64,000 bases of DNA, from NCBI RefSeq assembly GCF_006345805.1, contig NC_043014.1, positions 19,964,001 through 20,028,000 on the forward strand. The letters are read 5' to 3'. Of the stretch, positions 40,246-52,797 are shown piece after piece (the first letter of the stretch is position 1; the number at the start of each line of letters is the position of its first letter). The notes under the pieces were generated by a model. It saw only the letters and a program-made list of their open reading frames with translations. It searched no databases and was not told where the DNA came from. The position numbers and the translations under genes were made by a program. The stretch comes from Octopus sinensis. Taxonomy: Eukaryota.

Positions 40246-40436
40246 TCACACATACATAAACACTCAAAAGAAAAATAAACAATTCTTTACACGTGGTGAT
40301 CGAACGTATTTTAAAAAATTATGAATGGAATAATATATAATCAATGTAAATTTACTCCAAAACATTAATAAACCATCATGATAAATGAAACCCATATATA
40401 CATACAATTTTTGCAAAATAGTGGTTTTGTCTCTAA

Positions 40437-40449
<13 letters not shown>
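39485..40449 (-). mobile_element. Non-coding PLE fragment (pLTR and 3' region) with inverted terminal segment
   Basis: Reverse complement of about 36690-37655. It carries the hammerhead at 39676, and 40409-40449 is an inverted copy of 39571-39610. Confidence 0.85.
39676..39719 (-). ncRNA. Minimal type I hammerhead ribozyme motif in PLE pLTR
   Basis: Minus strand: ccac-CTGAAGA-t-tgtc(attagaa)gaca-t-GAAA-caattg-TA-gtgg, with palindromic stem III CAAUUG and a GUA triplet. Confidence 0.78.
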
Positions 40450-40521
<72 letters not shown>

Positions 40522-41149
40522 TATATATATATATATACATATATATACGACGGGCTTCTTTCGGTTTCCGTCTACCAAATCCATTCAAAAGGGTTTGGTC
40601 GGCCCGAGGCTAAAGTAGAAAACGCTTGCCCAAGGTGCCACGCACTGGGACTGAACCCGGAACCATGTGGTTCGTAAGCAAGCTACTTACCACACAGCTA
40701 CTCCTACTGATCATGATATATAAATCTTATCAGCCCAGTCTACCAGTCTAGATACCGCAGCGTGATATGATTCAATGTACTGTGTGCATAACCAGGTAAT
40801 TTATCAATAATCCAGGAAATTTAATTATATATAGAAATAACAGTGTTGTATATTCTCTGTACTGTGTCCATAGCTAAAATGGTTAACTGTCAGCAATCCA
40901 CTCAATCCTCATAGTACTATACGCTGCGCTGTGTGAGATAGTTCACAGTAGTATGCCTATATCCAAGAAACATTTTCAACAAGGCAGCTAGTTGTATATA
41001 GGTAATAATTCACTGTAATAGGTCCTTGGCCAAGACACTCAACTGTCAATGCAGAAATCGCAATATCATGTTGTGAATATATGTTTGAGTCGGATTCGCA
41101 GCTTCCGTGAAATCGCGCAGAAGCAGAATTAGAATCAGTAGCAGTAAAA

Positions 41150-41611
41150 CCATCAATATCGGCAGCAGCAGCAGCAGTATCAGTAGCAGTGGTAGTAGCA
41201 GTAGTGGTAGTGGTAGTAGTAGTAGTATAGTAGTAGTAGTAGTAGTAGTAGTAGTGTAGTATAGTAGTAGTAGTAGTAGTAGTAGTCGTAGTAGTCGTAG
41301 TAGTAGTAGTAGTAGTAGTATAGTAGTAGTAGGAGTAGTAGTAGTAGTATAGTAGTAGTAGTGGTGGTGGTGGTGGTGACATTGGTTTAGTGTGCTGAAG
41401 AAGAAAAGAAGCTGGACGATTGAATAGAGAAGTCGGAGAAACATGGTAAATGGGATGACGTGTGGATGGGAAGAAGCAGGAAGAGGAGGAGAAACAATAA
41501 CCAGAAGACCAAGAGCAACAAGAATAAAACAAGGCGGATAAAAAATGCTGCTACAACTACTACTACCACTACCACCACTATTACTAACCACTAGAAGAAG
41601 AAGTAGTAGCT

Positions 41612-41695
<84 letters not shown>

Positions 41696-41740
41696 ATGGT
41701 GGTGGTGGTGGTCGTAATAGTAGTAGTAGTAGTAGTCGAC
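41150..41740. repeat. (TAG)n/(TGG)n/(CTA)n trinucleotide tracts
   Basis: Direct reading. These account for the poly-L, poly-S and poly-T ORFs in the track. Confidence 0.9.
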
Positions 41741-44700
41741 GACTGAGAAGAATACCCAGAACAAGACAATAACAGAAACACTCAGTATCTCTAATCAATA
41801 ACAACAAGGCAAAGAAAAAATCTGTACGTGCCTGTCATGCCTTCGAGAAAGGGAAGCCCTCACCGCCCTTACGCCTCATACTGCTGTCTTACAAAAATAA
41901 CCTAAAGCTACATCGTTTAATGTAGTATTAGAAACAAGATGTCTGAATAAGAATCAAGATGGCCAATATTGGAACGCTTTTGATAATAATTTTACTCAAT
42001 ACAGGATAAACTAGGGCTAAAATTAACCAACAGTAACATCAAACGCTGCCAATGTAAAACGATACTGACAAATCATTGACATTTTTAAGACCGCAACAAG
42101 AACAACAACAACAACAGGATCATCTGCTGCGCAAAAGATAAAAAAAGAAAACAAAATATAGCAACAGTAACCACAGGAAGTAGTAGCAAGAGGAGGAGAA
42201 AACATTAGATTAAGGTTGTGGCGTCAGTTAATCGATGAGATCAATGAGAATATTTGCCGATCAGCAAAATTTAGCTTTCTATGAGGAAATCAATTTTAAT
42301 ATTTCAGAGTTAAGAAATATACAAGCATATACACACAAACTCACACACATATACACATACACAAACACAAATAGTCTATAAATAAAATGATGCGAAAAGC
42401 AAATGGCCACCAACATGCTGATCACGTGATTATAACATGGCGTTTGGGAAAGATATCGTATGTTGCACTTGAGATTGTGAGGTATTATTCTGAAGCTATA
42501 TATCTGCAAGAAAGACTTATGCTAAAAGAACTGGATATGTGCGTATATGCGTCGATGTAACTGATGTTTGCATGTGTTTATGAATGGAAATCTGATTTAG
42601 TGCGACTGTCGGTTTGGTTTCCGATGTATGGTTGCCAGCGAGTATTTTAGTGTTGTCTGTCCATTTTTTTACTTGTGTGAGTTGCAAAATTGTATGCGTA
42701 CAATATGAATGCATGTATACATGTATGAACATCCGTGTATGCAAATATGCATATACATGCAAATATGTATATTTTATTAACACGTACACACGGACACATA
42801 TTTGTATGTCTGTGTTTGTGTTTATGTATGGATGTATGCATGTATGTATATATGTACACTGGCATATTGCCGAGAGGCAGACATAAACATTCTAAAAATG
42901 ATGCACAAGTGGAAACTTTTCATTGATCAAACCAACATTTTTTGCACTTAACTATGCAACCGCCTACATTTTGTCTTAGCTGTTTTTATTGCTCTTATTG
43001 TTCTAAAGAGCGATTTGCCAATTTGTGACCTCTTGTAAGTTGGTAGTATAGCAACAATGTAGTTCGACGTAAATATTTGATCTGTGTTTATTTGTGGCAC
43101 ATATAGATAGAACTGTCGTTGGCCATTCTTGGATATTTTGCTGCTTACTACGTCAAATAGACAATCCAAAACGATGTATTCCTATTGATAATCGTTACCT
43201 CTTTTCATTTCATTCCAGCATGCGGTGGTGGCTGCGATTGTCTCGGTCTCAGAGGATGGTAGGCGGAGCTCATACTGCGTCAGATGCCCATTGTTTATTG
43301 GTATTTCTGCAACGTGTTTCGATGATTATTTCTCGACATTCTCAATAGTAACATAAACAATTGAATGAGAGCTTAAGTAGTTCATTGAAATTACAGGTAC
43401 AACAGTTGCAATAATATCAGAGATGTATTTCCTCTCTTTCTTGCTTGATGGTTTATTTTTGAGATGTTGAGTTATGGTTAGAGAGTTAGCTGGCAGTTAA
43501 AGCAAACCAGTGAAGTGGCTATGTAGTAGACGCTTGCTTGGTTATAATGATTTGCCTATATTTACATCGCATGCCTCAAGCATGTGACCATTCACTTCGA
43601 GAAAAGTGAGGAAAGTATGGCTTCGACAGACTGCCGAACCACGACTAATGAAATAAATTTTTGTAAAACAGTACAATTAAATGAAAATAGTAATGATCTC
43701 CGCCAAGAAAAATACTATAAATAGTTCGAAGAGAGGAATAGGTTTTGTGTTGTGAGCAACAGCATAAGTGTGCCATCCCGGCTGCAGGCCCTTCTGCATG
43801 TTGTTCTCTTTCGTTTTAAGCACTTAACATAAATATTTTTCCTGTTTAGCGAATGATGTCTCTTTCTTAGTAATACCATATGACACACTAATGCTTTTGA
43901 ATTAATCGTAAAACTTCTTAAATCGTCTTTCCTCCAAAAACATACCATTACTACACAAGCATCCATTAGAAGCCAGAATATTACGCGTTATTAACATTCA
44001 TGGAAAATATTTCCTCTAATGACTATTCAAGAAATGCAAGTGTTTGTACCTCTACAAGTATTCTAATTGTATGTTGGATACAATATTGTAGTAGGAGAAA
44101 AAAACAAACAATTTTTATGATTTTAGGAAAGATTGCGGATTATGAATCTGTTTTCTGCGTTTAACTATCATATTAACGTATACATATGCATGTGTCTAAG
44201 CACGTATGTATGTATATATGTATGTATGTGTGATTGAATATATGTATATAAGTACGTATATGTCAATTTATGTATGTATGCACATGTCTATCTGCGTATG
44301 TATATACCAAAACATATGGACACTAGTAATGAAAGGTATGCAATCAAAGATGATGGCCTATGCTACTGTTCATACGATTTTCTGGTTGAAAAAAATCCGA
44401 ATGATATTGTATGTGTGTGCATGTGGGTACGCGCTCGTTAGTGTGTGTATATGTCCATGTACGTGCGTGTACATGTATTACATAGCATAGAAACATATGA
44501 AACAAAATGCACTTTCATACATACACATATAGACACACAGACACGCATATATGTTGATGTTGTATTTCTTTATCGATTATCTATGTTATTTGCGCTGTCT
44601 ATTTTGGCGTATTAAACATTTGGGCTGCATGCATCCTAATTTCAATTTATACACAAGAATACCACTTATGTAAGGAATGGATATTCAAATTCATTCATAT

Positions 44701-45338
44701 AATTTTCTACAAATAAACAAACAAAATCAACAACAAGTATAGAGGAAATGTTGAACAAAAGAATTCAATTAGAAAAGGAAAGTATCGTGGAAGCATAGGA
44801 TTTGAGGAATAATGGTATGTAAAGGGGTGCGAGGATTACATGGTTTTTAAAGATGAAGAAAGACAAAAAAAAACATGTGATATGTTCTTTAGATTAATGA
44901 AGAGACCGGAACAGTAAAATAAATGTTCACATTACCGGAAGCATACTCGCAGAACAGAATAGCGTGTAGTTTTCTTCAAAAGACTTACCTAAAAAAGAAA
45001 AGAAAATGAGAATATTTAGCTATGGTAATATAAAATGGATCATGATCTATTCATTTGTATGGCTGTCCGTAGGTGTATACGAGTGGGTTTAGGTGTGTGG
45101 ATGCGGGTATGGGTATATAAGCACTAGCGATATTAAATACCTTTATCCATATAAATACTGATTTGAAAACAGAAAATAAAGAACATCAGAGCAATTGAAA
45201 ATATTTGAAGCAAATATTATTTATGCCTCAGCGTGCGCAATTGAGTGACTAATGAACTACGACATTTTGAACTTGCGCACTACACAGCCCTTAATATATC
45301 CATTGATACAATACACAAACACACACATATGTATATAC

Positions 45339-45407
<69 letters not shown>

Positions 45408-45600
45408 GAATATATATATATATATAAATATATACATATATTTATTTGTTTATTATTTATATACGCACACACAAACACACATATATATATGTATACATAC
45501 ATAGTAATTCACCCCAAAACGAATATCAAGCAGAAAAACAACGCGAGTACGTGGTACATGTAAAGCATTAGCAGACTCTTAGGGATGGAATGAAAAGTGA

Positions 45601-45633
45601 TTTTACGTTTCGAGCAAAGCTCTTCTTCTGAAA
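45601..45633 (-). ncRNA. Hammerhead-like motif with loopless CG stem III, core substitution
   Basis: Minus strand: ttt-CAGAAGA-a-gagc(ttt)gctc-GAAA-cg-TA-aaa. U4 is replaced by A. Confidence 0.5.
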
Positions 45634-45714
45634 CAGACGAAAGTCCAATAGAAAAGGAAGAGGACGAATATATGTATATATGTATATATGTATGTATGTA
45701 TGTATATACATAAA

Positions 45715-46083
45715 GTAGTACTCCGTCCTTTACGACGACAAGGGTTCCAGTTGATCCGATCAACGGAACACCCTCCTCGTGAAATTAACGTGCAAGTAGC
45801 TGAGCACACCACAGATACGTGTACCCTTAACGTAGTTTTCGGGGACATTCAGCGTGACACAGAGTGTGACAAGGCTGGCCATTTGAAATACAGGTACAAC
45901 AGAAACAGGAAGAAAGAGTGAGAGAAAGTTGAGGTGGAAGAGTACAGTAGGGGTTGCCCCCCTGCCAGAGCCTTTTGGAACGTTAGGTATTTTCAATCAA
46001 TAAACACTCACAACGCCCGGGAATCTAAACCACGATCCTACAGCCACAAGTCTGCTAACCCAACGACTGGGCCATTGCGCCTC
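45715..46083 (-). mobile_element. SINE family B head with a different 3' body
   Basis: The first ~180 nt match 25840-26020 (gaggcgcaatggcccagtcgttgggttagcagacttg...ctttctctcactctttctt). The remainder is unrelated to the 25840 copy. Confidence 0.82.
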
Positions 46084-46085
46084 AA

Positions 46086-46153
<68 letters not shown>

Positions 46154-46328
46154 ATATTATATATATCGCCTAAGCATTGCGATACCAATAATCTGAAGGA
46201 CACCTCAATATATGTATGCTTTACAATGAAGCGTTAGTCGAGTGAAGAGCAGTAATAAGAAAATGAGATGACAAAGATATAAACGATTATTGTTAATTCC
46301 TTTGTCATCTCAGTATCTTATATATATA

Positions 46329-46385
<57 letters not shown>

Positions 46386-46789
46386 GTATGTATATATCCG
46401 TGGATTGTTTACATTAGCAGGCATTTCTTTATACTCGTATCTGTATATATATGTTTATATGCGTGAGTGTGCATGTATGTATGTTTGTGTAATATATATC
46501 TGTGTGTGAGTGTGTGCGACTTTGTGTGTGTGTGTAAGACTGTATGCATGTGTGCGAGTGTGTGTATTTGCATTTCTGTATAAAGGTGCAATAAAACATG
46601 AATGGTTAACATTTTATTTTATTCACGATCACAGTATAAGAACGGTCATCGTCATGCTATCGGAGATTTGGATCTTGCATATCTCGATCAGAGCCTGATT
46701 ACAATAATAGCTATAACAAATCAACCCTCGCCCCACCCCGTATATTTTTCCCTTAGTACTTCAATAGTCAGTGCAATTAATAATAATAA

Positions 46790-46985
46790 GACGAAGAAGT
46801 AGAAGTAGAAGAAGAAGAAGAAGAAGAAGAAAAGAAGAAGAAGAAGAAGAAGAAGAAGAAGAAGAAGAAGAAGAAGAAGAAGAAGAAGAAGAAGAAGAAG
46901 AAGAAGAAGAAGAAGAAGAAGAAGAAGAAGAAGAAGAAGAAGAAGAAGAAGAAGAAGAAGAAGAAGGAGAAGAAGAAGAAGAAAA
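46790..46985. repeat. (GAA)n microsatellite, about 65 units
   Basis: Direct reading. Confidence 0.95.
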
Positions 46986-47259
46986 GGATTGACGTAACTC
47001 TTCAGAAAGGTAAATGGACAAGACGGAGAGCATGATGCTATTGAAATAGATATTTCATTGGTTGAACGATATTTCGACAGCAAGCCTGTCTTTCTTAAGT
47101 TCAAAATAAAATTATAGAATTTAAAATTATAGAAGTTTTGATTTAAAGTATGAACGATAGCAACCAACCTCCACATTTTGATTTAAGTTTCAATTTTATA
47201 ACAGGCAAAAAGAAAAAGACAGAAAAAGAGGAAAGAAAAGAAAAGGAAAAAGAAGAAGA

Positions 47260-48505
47260 ATATTTAATCTCCCAAGAAAAATAGGTGGAAGAAACCTGAT
47301 ACAGCTCGAACAATCCTTCAAATCAGCAATAATAGATCTTGAAACGTACCTTAATATAACCAGTGATGTGCTCTTACGAACTACACTGAAACATGACGAT
47401 TCCAGACAAGCTTCAGTCATGAAGCTAACAAGAGATTTAAAAAGTCTCTTGGCCTACAAGTTAACAATAAACATGACTATGACACCCAAACTCTGACAGA
47501 CCTACCATTGCGTCTCCTGATTTAGAAATTAACAGTCAGGAAGACCAACGAAATCCAAACAATGACAAACCTATCATTGATGTAAAAAAAAATCAAACAT
47601 AAAGCTAAGACGGGTTGCATGAATAATATCGAAGACAACTGGATATGTAAACTCTTGCATGGAAAATACCCTCACCGCCTTCCAAGCCAGATACTCATCA
47701 AAATCTAACACATCAATTGCTACAAGGGACAGGTCTGAAACAGAAGGTTTTGTTATTGCAGCGCAAGATCAGAGCTTACCTACCACAAACTACCATTTAA
47801 ACGTCCTTAAAGATGGATCTGACCCTCGTGCACAATTTGTGGAGAATTAACAGAGAAAAGTGATCATGTTGTTTCTGGCTGCCCAATCCTCGCTGAAAAG
47901 TATTACCTTATACGACACGATAGACTCGGGTAGGACACCCACTGGAATGCTTGTAAATACTACAAAATTACATCCAATGATAAGTCGTACAGACACATCT
48001 AGAATGTTACAATCCTTTGGAACTTCCCAATACAAGTAGACAGAAAAATCGACTCCCATCGACCAGACATTGTGATCAAGGACTACAACAGACGAACTTG
48101 TCTGTTAATAGATATGATTGTCCCACAAGACCAAATATCTCAAGAACGGACTACAAAAAGCTTTGTCACTATAAAGATCTGTCAATTGAAATCACAAAAA
48201 CGTGGAAGTTTAGTATTACGATAACACCAGTAATAATTATTGCGCTGGGAATGATAAAGAAGGGAGCTGAGAAGTATATTAAGCAACACCCTGGTAAATC
48301 CAAAAAGATAAACATGATGCGTACAGCCCATATACTATGGAAAGCACTCTCCATCTAAAATGGAATAACTGTGACGATAATTTTAGCATGCTCAGCAAAA
48401 CAAAAGTGCCCTTGCTACTCTTGGCCCCCGGAGGATGCCCGGTACTTAGGCAGCTGAAATAAAGTTGTAACGAAAGTAAACCATTATTGATATTAAGAGA
48501 AGAAG
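47260..48505 (+). mobile_element. R4/Dong-like LINE 3' fragment, degraded
   Basis: LPRKIGGRNLIQLE, LHGKY, SETEGFVIAAQDQSLPTTNY, LWNFPIQVDRK, RPDIVIKDY, YKDLSIEITKTWK and PVIIIALGMIKK. It ends in (TAA)n at about 48508. Confidence 0.88.
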
Positions 48506-48533
48506 AAAAGTAGTAGTAATAATAATAATAATA

Positions 48534-48584
<51 letters not shown>

Positions 48585-48595
48585 TTGAACTTAGA

Positions 48596-48705
<110 letters not shown>

Positions 48706-48822
48706 CTGACGCGGAATGCGTGTCGTTAGCCAGCTGGGGATATGTCGTCCTCAGGTCTTAAACATCAGCAGTACTGTCCTGTATGGGATGCCACACTTAG
48801 TTGGCAAATATATAAATATATA

Positions 48823-49396
48823 CTAGCTGTTGGACCCGGCGTTGCTCGTGGTTTCCGTTTGATGTTAAACCCACCGCTGATCTTGTACTGAAATCTTATA
48901 CGTTACCCATGCCAACTATTACCCATTAAGATGTTCTATGTGAATGGGAAGGTTGTTGCAGGATTAGTAGATGTTTAGCAGGCGGAGGAAAATGGTGAGA
49001 GTAGGCGACGAAGTTTTGTTGACGGAGCAGGGTTTTTGCAGACGACGACGACGTGTTCAATGGCGCAGAGGACACAAATGTAAATAATCATTTCGATAGA
49101 GACTATTCTATCGATTTTGTTGAAATAATACACGTAAAAAAATGCAAAAGCTGAAGAAAAAATAACATCGTTATGGGAGTTTCCATTCAGACGCTCGATT
49201 GAGCTCACAAAAATCGATGCCGACTGAGCATTATTGAGCTTTCGAAAAATTCTGGCCTTATTTGTATTTCAGAGCATGTGATCTACTTATGTGCCATAAA
49301 TCATTAAAATCTGTTGGACGGTGTAAGAGGTGTTAGAGTAATCCCAAACACAGACAGACACCGTTAAACACTTGTGTGTATATATATATATATAGA
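48823..49396 (-). mobile_element. Non-autonomous Helitron-like element (Lep1-like architecture)
   Basis: The minus strand begins A|TCTATATATATA (TC at 49396-49395) and ends cacgagcaacgccgggtccaacagCTAG|T (CTAG at 48823-48826). These are the 5'-TC, 3'-CTAG, AT target and GC-rich subterminal segment expected of Helitrons. Confidence 0.7.
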
Positions 49397-50005
49397 TATA
49401 TATATATATTTGTGTGTGTGTGTGTGTTTTATGTATATAAAGTTACATAGATAGGTACATACATATATACATACATGCACAGATTCATGCATGCATAAAT
49501 ACATGTATACACATATGGCAGTTACCAATGTAGCAGATATACGGAAAGATAGAGAGAAAGAGGAGAAAGAAAGCTTGCAGAGTTACTTAAATACGAACTA
49601 CAGTACTAACAAATTTTATATGAATATGTGTTTGTGTGAAAGTATATCTATATGTGCGTGTGCGTGCGCGTGTGCGTGCGCGTGTGCGTGCGCGTGTGCG
49701 TGGCGTGTGCGTGCGCGTGTGCGTGCGCGTGTGCGTGCGCGTGTGCGTGCGCGTGTGCGTGCGCGTGTGCGTGCGCGTGTGCGTGCGCGTGCGCGCATGT
49801 GTGTGCGTATGTGTATGTAAATGTGTGTGTACATATAATATATGAATGTGCGGTAAAAAGCTTGCTTCTTAACCTCCTGCTTCTAGGTTGAGTCACAGTG
49901 TGTGGCATATTCAACTAGTGTCTTCTACTGTAGCCTTAGGTCAGCCGAATCACTGTGAGTGGATTTGGTAGACGGAAACTAAAAGAAGCCCGTAGTGTAT
50001 ATATA

Positions 50006-50048
<43 letters not shown>

Positions 50049-51333
50049 TATATACATATACATATATATATCAACATGTGTATGTATGTCTTTGTGTCTG
50101 TGTTTCGCCCCTCAATCACCGCTTGACAACCGGCATAGGTGTGTTTACGTCTCTGTAAGTTAGCGTTTCAGCAAAAGATTCTGTTGGAATAAGTACTAGA
50201 CTTAAAAAATAAGTTCTGGGGTCGATTTCTTCGACTAACACCCTTCCACTCGGTCCAGTAATATAGCCACTATCAAAAGACTGAAAAAAGTAAAAGAATA
50301 AAATAATATATATGTATATATATAGCCGCAGGAGTGGCTGTGTGGTAAGTAGCTTCCTAACCAACCACATGGTTCAGTTTCACTGCGTGGCATCTTGGGC
50401 AAGTGTCTTCTGCTATAGCCCCGGGCCGACCAATGCCTTGTGAGTGGATTTGGTAGACGGAAACTGAAAGAAGCCTGTCGTATATATGTATATATATATA
50501 TTTATGCATGTGTGTGTGTTTGTGTGTCTGTGTTTGTCCTCCTAGCATTGCTTGACAACCGATGCTGGTGTGTTTACGTCTCCGTTACTTAGCGGTTCGG
50601 CAAAAAGAGACCGATAGAATAAGTACTGGGCTAACAAAGAATAAGTCCCGGGGTCGAGTTGCTCGATTAAAGGCGGTGCTCCAGCATGGCCGCAGTCACA
50701 TGACTGAAACAAGTAAAAGAGAGTAAAAAGATATATATATATATTGTGTGTGTGTGTGTGTGTTTTATGTATATAAAGTTACATAGATAGGTACATACAT
50801 ATATACATACATGCACAGATTCATGCATGCATAAATACATGTATACACATATGGCAGTTACCAATGTAGCAGATATACGGAAAGATAGAGAGAAAGAGGA
50901 GAAAGAAAGCTTGCAGAGTTACTTAAATACGAACTACAGTACTAACAAATTTTATATGAATATGTGTTTGTGTGAAAGTATATCTATATGTGCGTGTGCG
51001 TGCGCGTGTGCGTGCGCGTGTGCGTGCGCGTGTGCGTGGCGTGTGCGTGCGCGTGTGCGTGCGCGTGTGCGTGCGCGTGTGCGTGCGCGTGTGCGTGCGC
51101 GTGTGCGTGCGCGTGTGCGTGCGCGTGCGCGCATGTGTGTGCGTATGTGTATGTAAATGTGTGTGTACATATAATATATGAATGTGCGGTAAAAAGCTTG
51201 CTTCTTAACCTCCTGCTTCTAGGTTGAGTCACAGTGTGTGGCATATTCAACTAGTGTCTTCTACTGTAGCCTTAGGTCAGCCGAATCACTGTGAGTGGAT
51301 TTGGTAGACGGAAACTAAAAGAAGCCCGTAGTG

Positions 51334-51395
<62 letters not shown>

Positions 51396-52081
51396 CATAT
51401 ATATATACATATACATATATATATCAACATGTGTATGTATGTCTTTGTGTCTGTGTTTCGCCCCTCAATCACCGCTTGACAACCGGCATAGGTGTGTTTA
51501 CGTCTCTGTAAGTTAGCGTTTCAGCAAAAGATTCTGTTGGAATAAGTACTAGACTTAAAAAATAAGTTCTGGGGTCGATTTCTTCGACTAACACCCTTCC
51601 ACTCGGTCCAGTAATATAGCCACTATCAAAAGACTGAAAAAAGTAAAAGAATAAAATAATATATATGTATATATATAGCCGCAGGAGTGGCTGTGTGGTA
51701 AGTAGCTTCCTAACCAACCACATGGTTCAGTTTCACTGCGTGGCATCTTGGGCAAGTGTCTTCTGCTATAGCCCCGGGCCGACCAATGCCTTGTGAGTGG
51801 ATTTGGTAGACGGAAACTGAAAGAAGCCTGTCGTATATATGTATATATATATATATATGCATGTGTGTGTGTTTGTGTGTCTGTGTTTGTCCCCCTAGCA
51901 TTGCTTGACAACCGATGCTGGTGTGTTTACGTCTCCGTTACTTAGCGGTTCGGCAAAAAGAGACCGATAGAATAAGTACTGGGCTTACAAAGAATAAGTC
52001 CCGGGGTCGAGTTGCTCGATTAAAGGCGGTGCTCCAGCATGGCCGCAGTCACATGACTGAAACAAGTAAAAGAGAGTAAAA

Positions 52082-52085
<4 letters not shown>
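49397..52085 (+). repeat. Near-identical tandem duplication, unit ~1336 bp
   Basis: Identical ORF translations recur at an offset of 1336 (49491/50827, 49616/50952, 49648/50984). Each unit contains a 12-mer RY repeat and two family A SINEs, and the junction lies in an agat(at)n tract near 50730. Confidence 0.92.
49653..49800. repeat. (GTGCGTGCGCGT)n 12-mer alternating purine-pyrimidine repeat (second copy at 50989-51136)
   Basis: Direct reading. Confidence 0.9.
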
Positions 52086-52144
<59 letters not shown>

Positions 52145-52520
52145 AGTCGCTGTGCGGTAGGTAGCTTGCTTACCAACCACATGGTTCCGGGTTCAGTCCC
52201 ACTGCGTGGCACTTTCGGCAAGTGTCTTCTACGATACCTTCGGGCCGACCAAGGCCTAGTGAGTGGATTTGGTAGATGAAAACTGAAACTGAAAGTTGCC
52301 CGTCGTATATATGTATATGTATATATATCACACAATGAATGTGTGTGTTTGTGTGTCTGTGTTTGTCCCCACAACATCGCCTGACAACCGATGGTGGTGT
52401 GTTAGGCTTTTGTAAGTGCTATGCTTACAAAGAAGTCCTGAAGTCGATTTCCTCGATTAAAGGCGGTGCTACAGAATGGCCACAGTCAAATGACTGAAAC
52501 AAGTAAAAGATTATAGAGTA
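49845..52520 (+). mobile_element. Five head-to-tail family A SINE copies (49845, 50325, 51181, 51678, 52142)
   Basis: Each has the head/microsatellite/tail organisation. Four arise from the 1336-bp duplication of two copies. Confidence 0.85.
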
Positions 52521-52562
52521 AAGTGTAAATACACACACACACACACACACACATACATATAG

Positions 52563-52639
<77 letters not shown>

Positions 52640-52797
52640 CGGATAACCATATTTTATCTCAGTAGATGACCACAGCATCTTGTTTTGGCTACACGCGGGT
52701 GGGAAGGGGCTGTTGACACAATCGTTTCATTCACAAATTGAATTCGGTGATACCAGTTGCGGATTCTAGCTCGCTCTGATACTGAGTTGAGTTGGTG

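Larger units (their letters stand above)
39228..40706 (-). mobile_element. SINE family A split by a PLE insertion
   Basis: The 3' half is at 39228-39475 and the 5' half (head) at 40547-40706. The two halves are complementary parts of one SINE, separated at its internal microsatellite. Confidence 0.8.
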
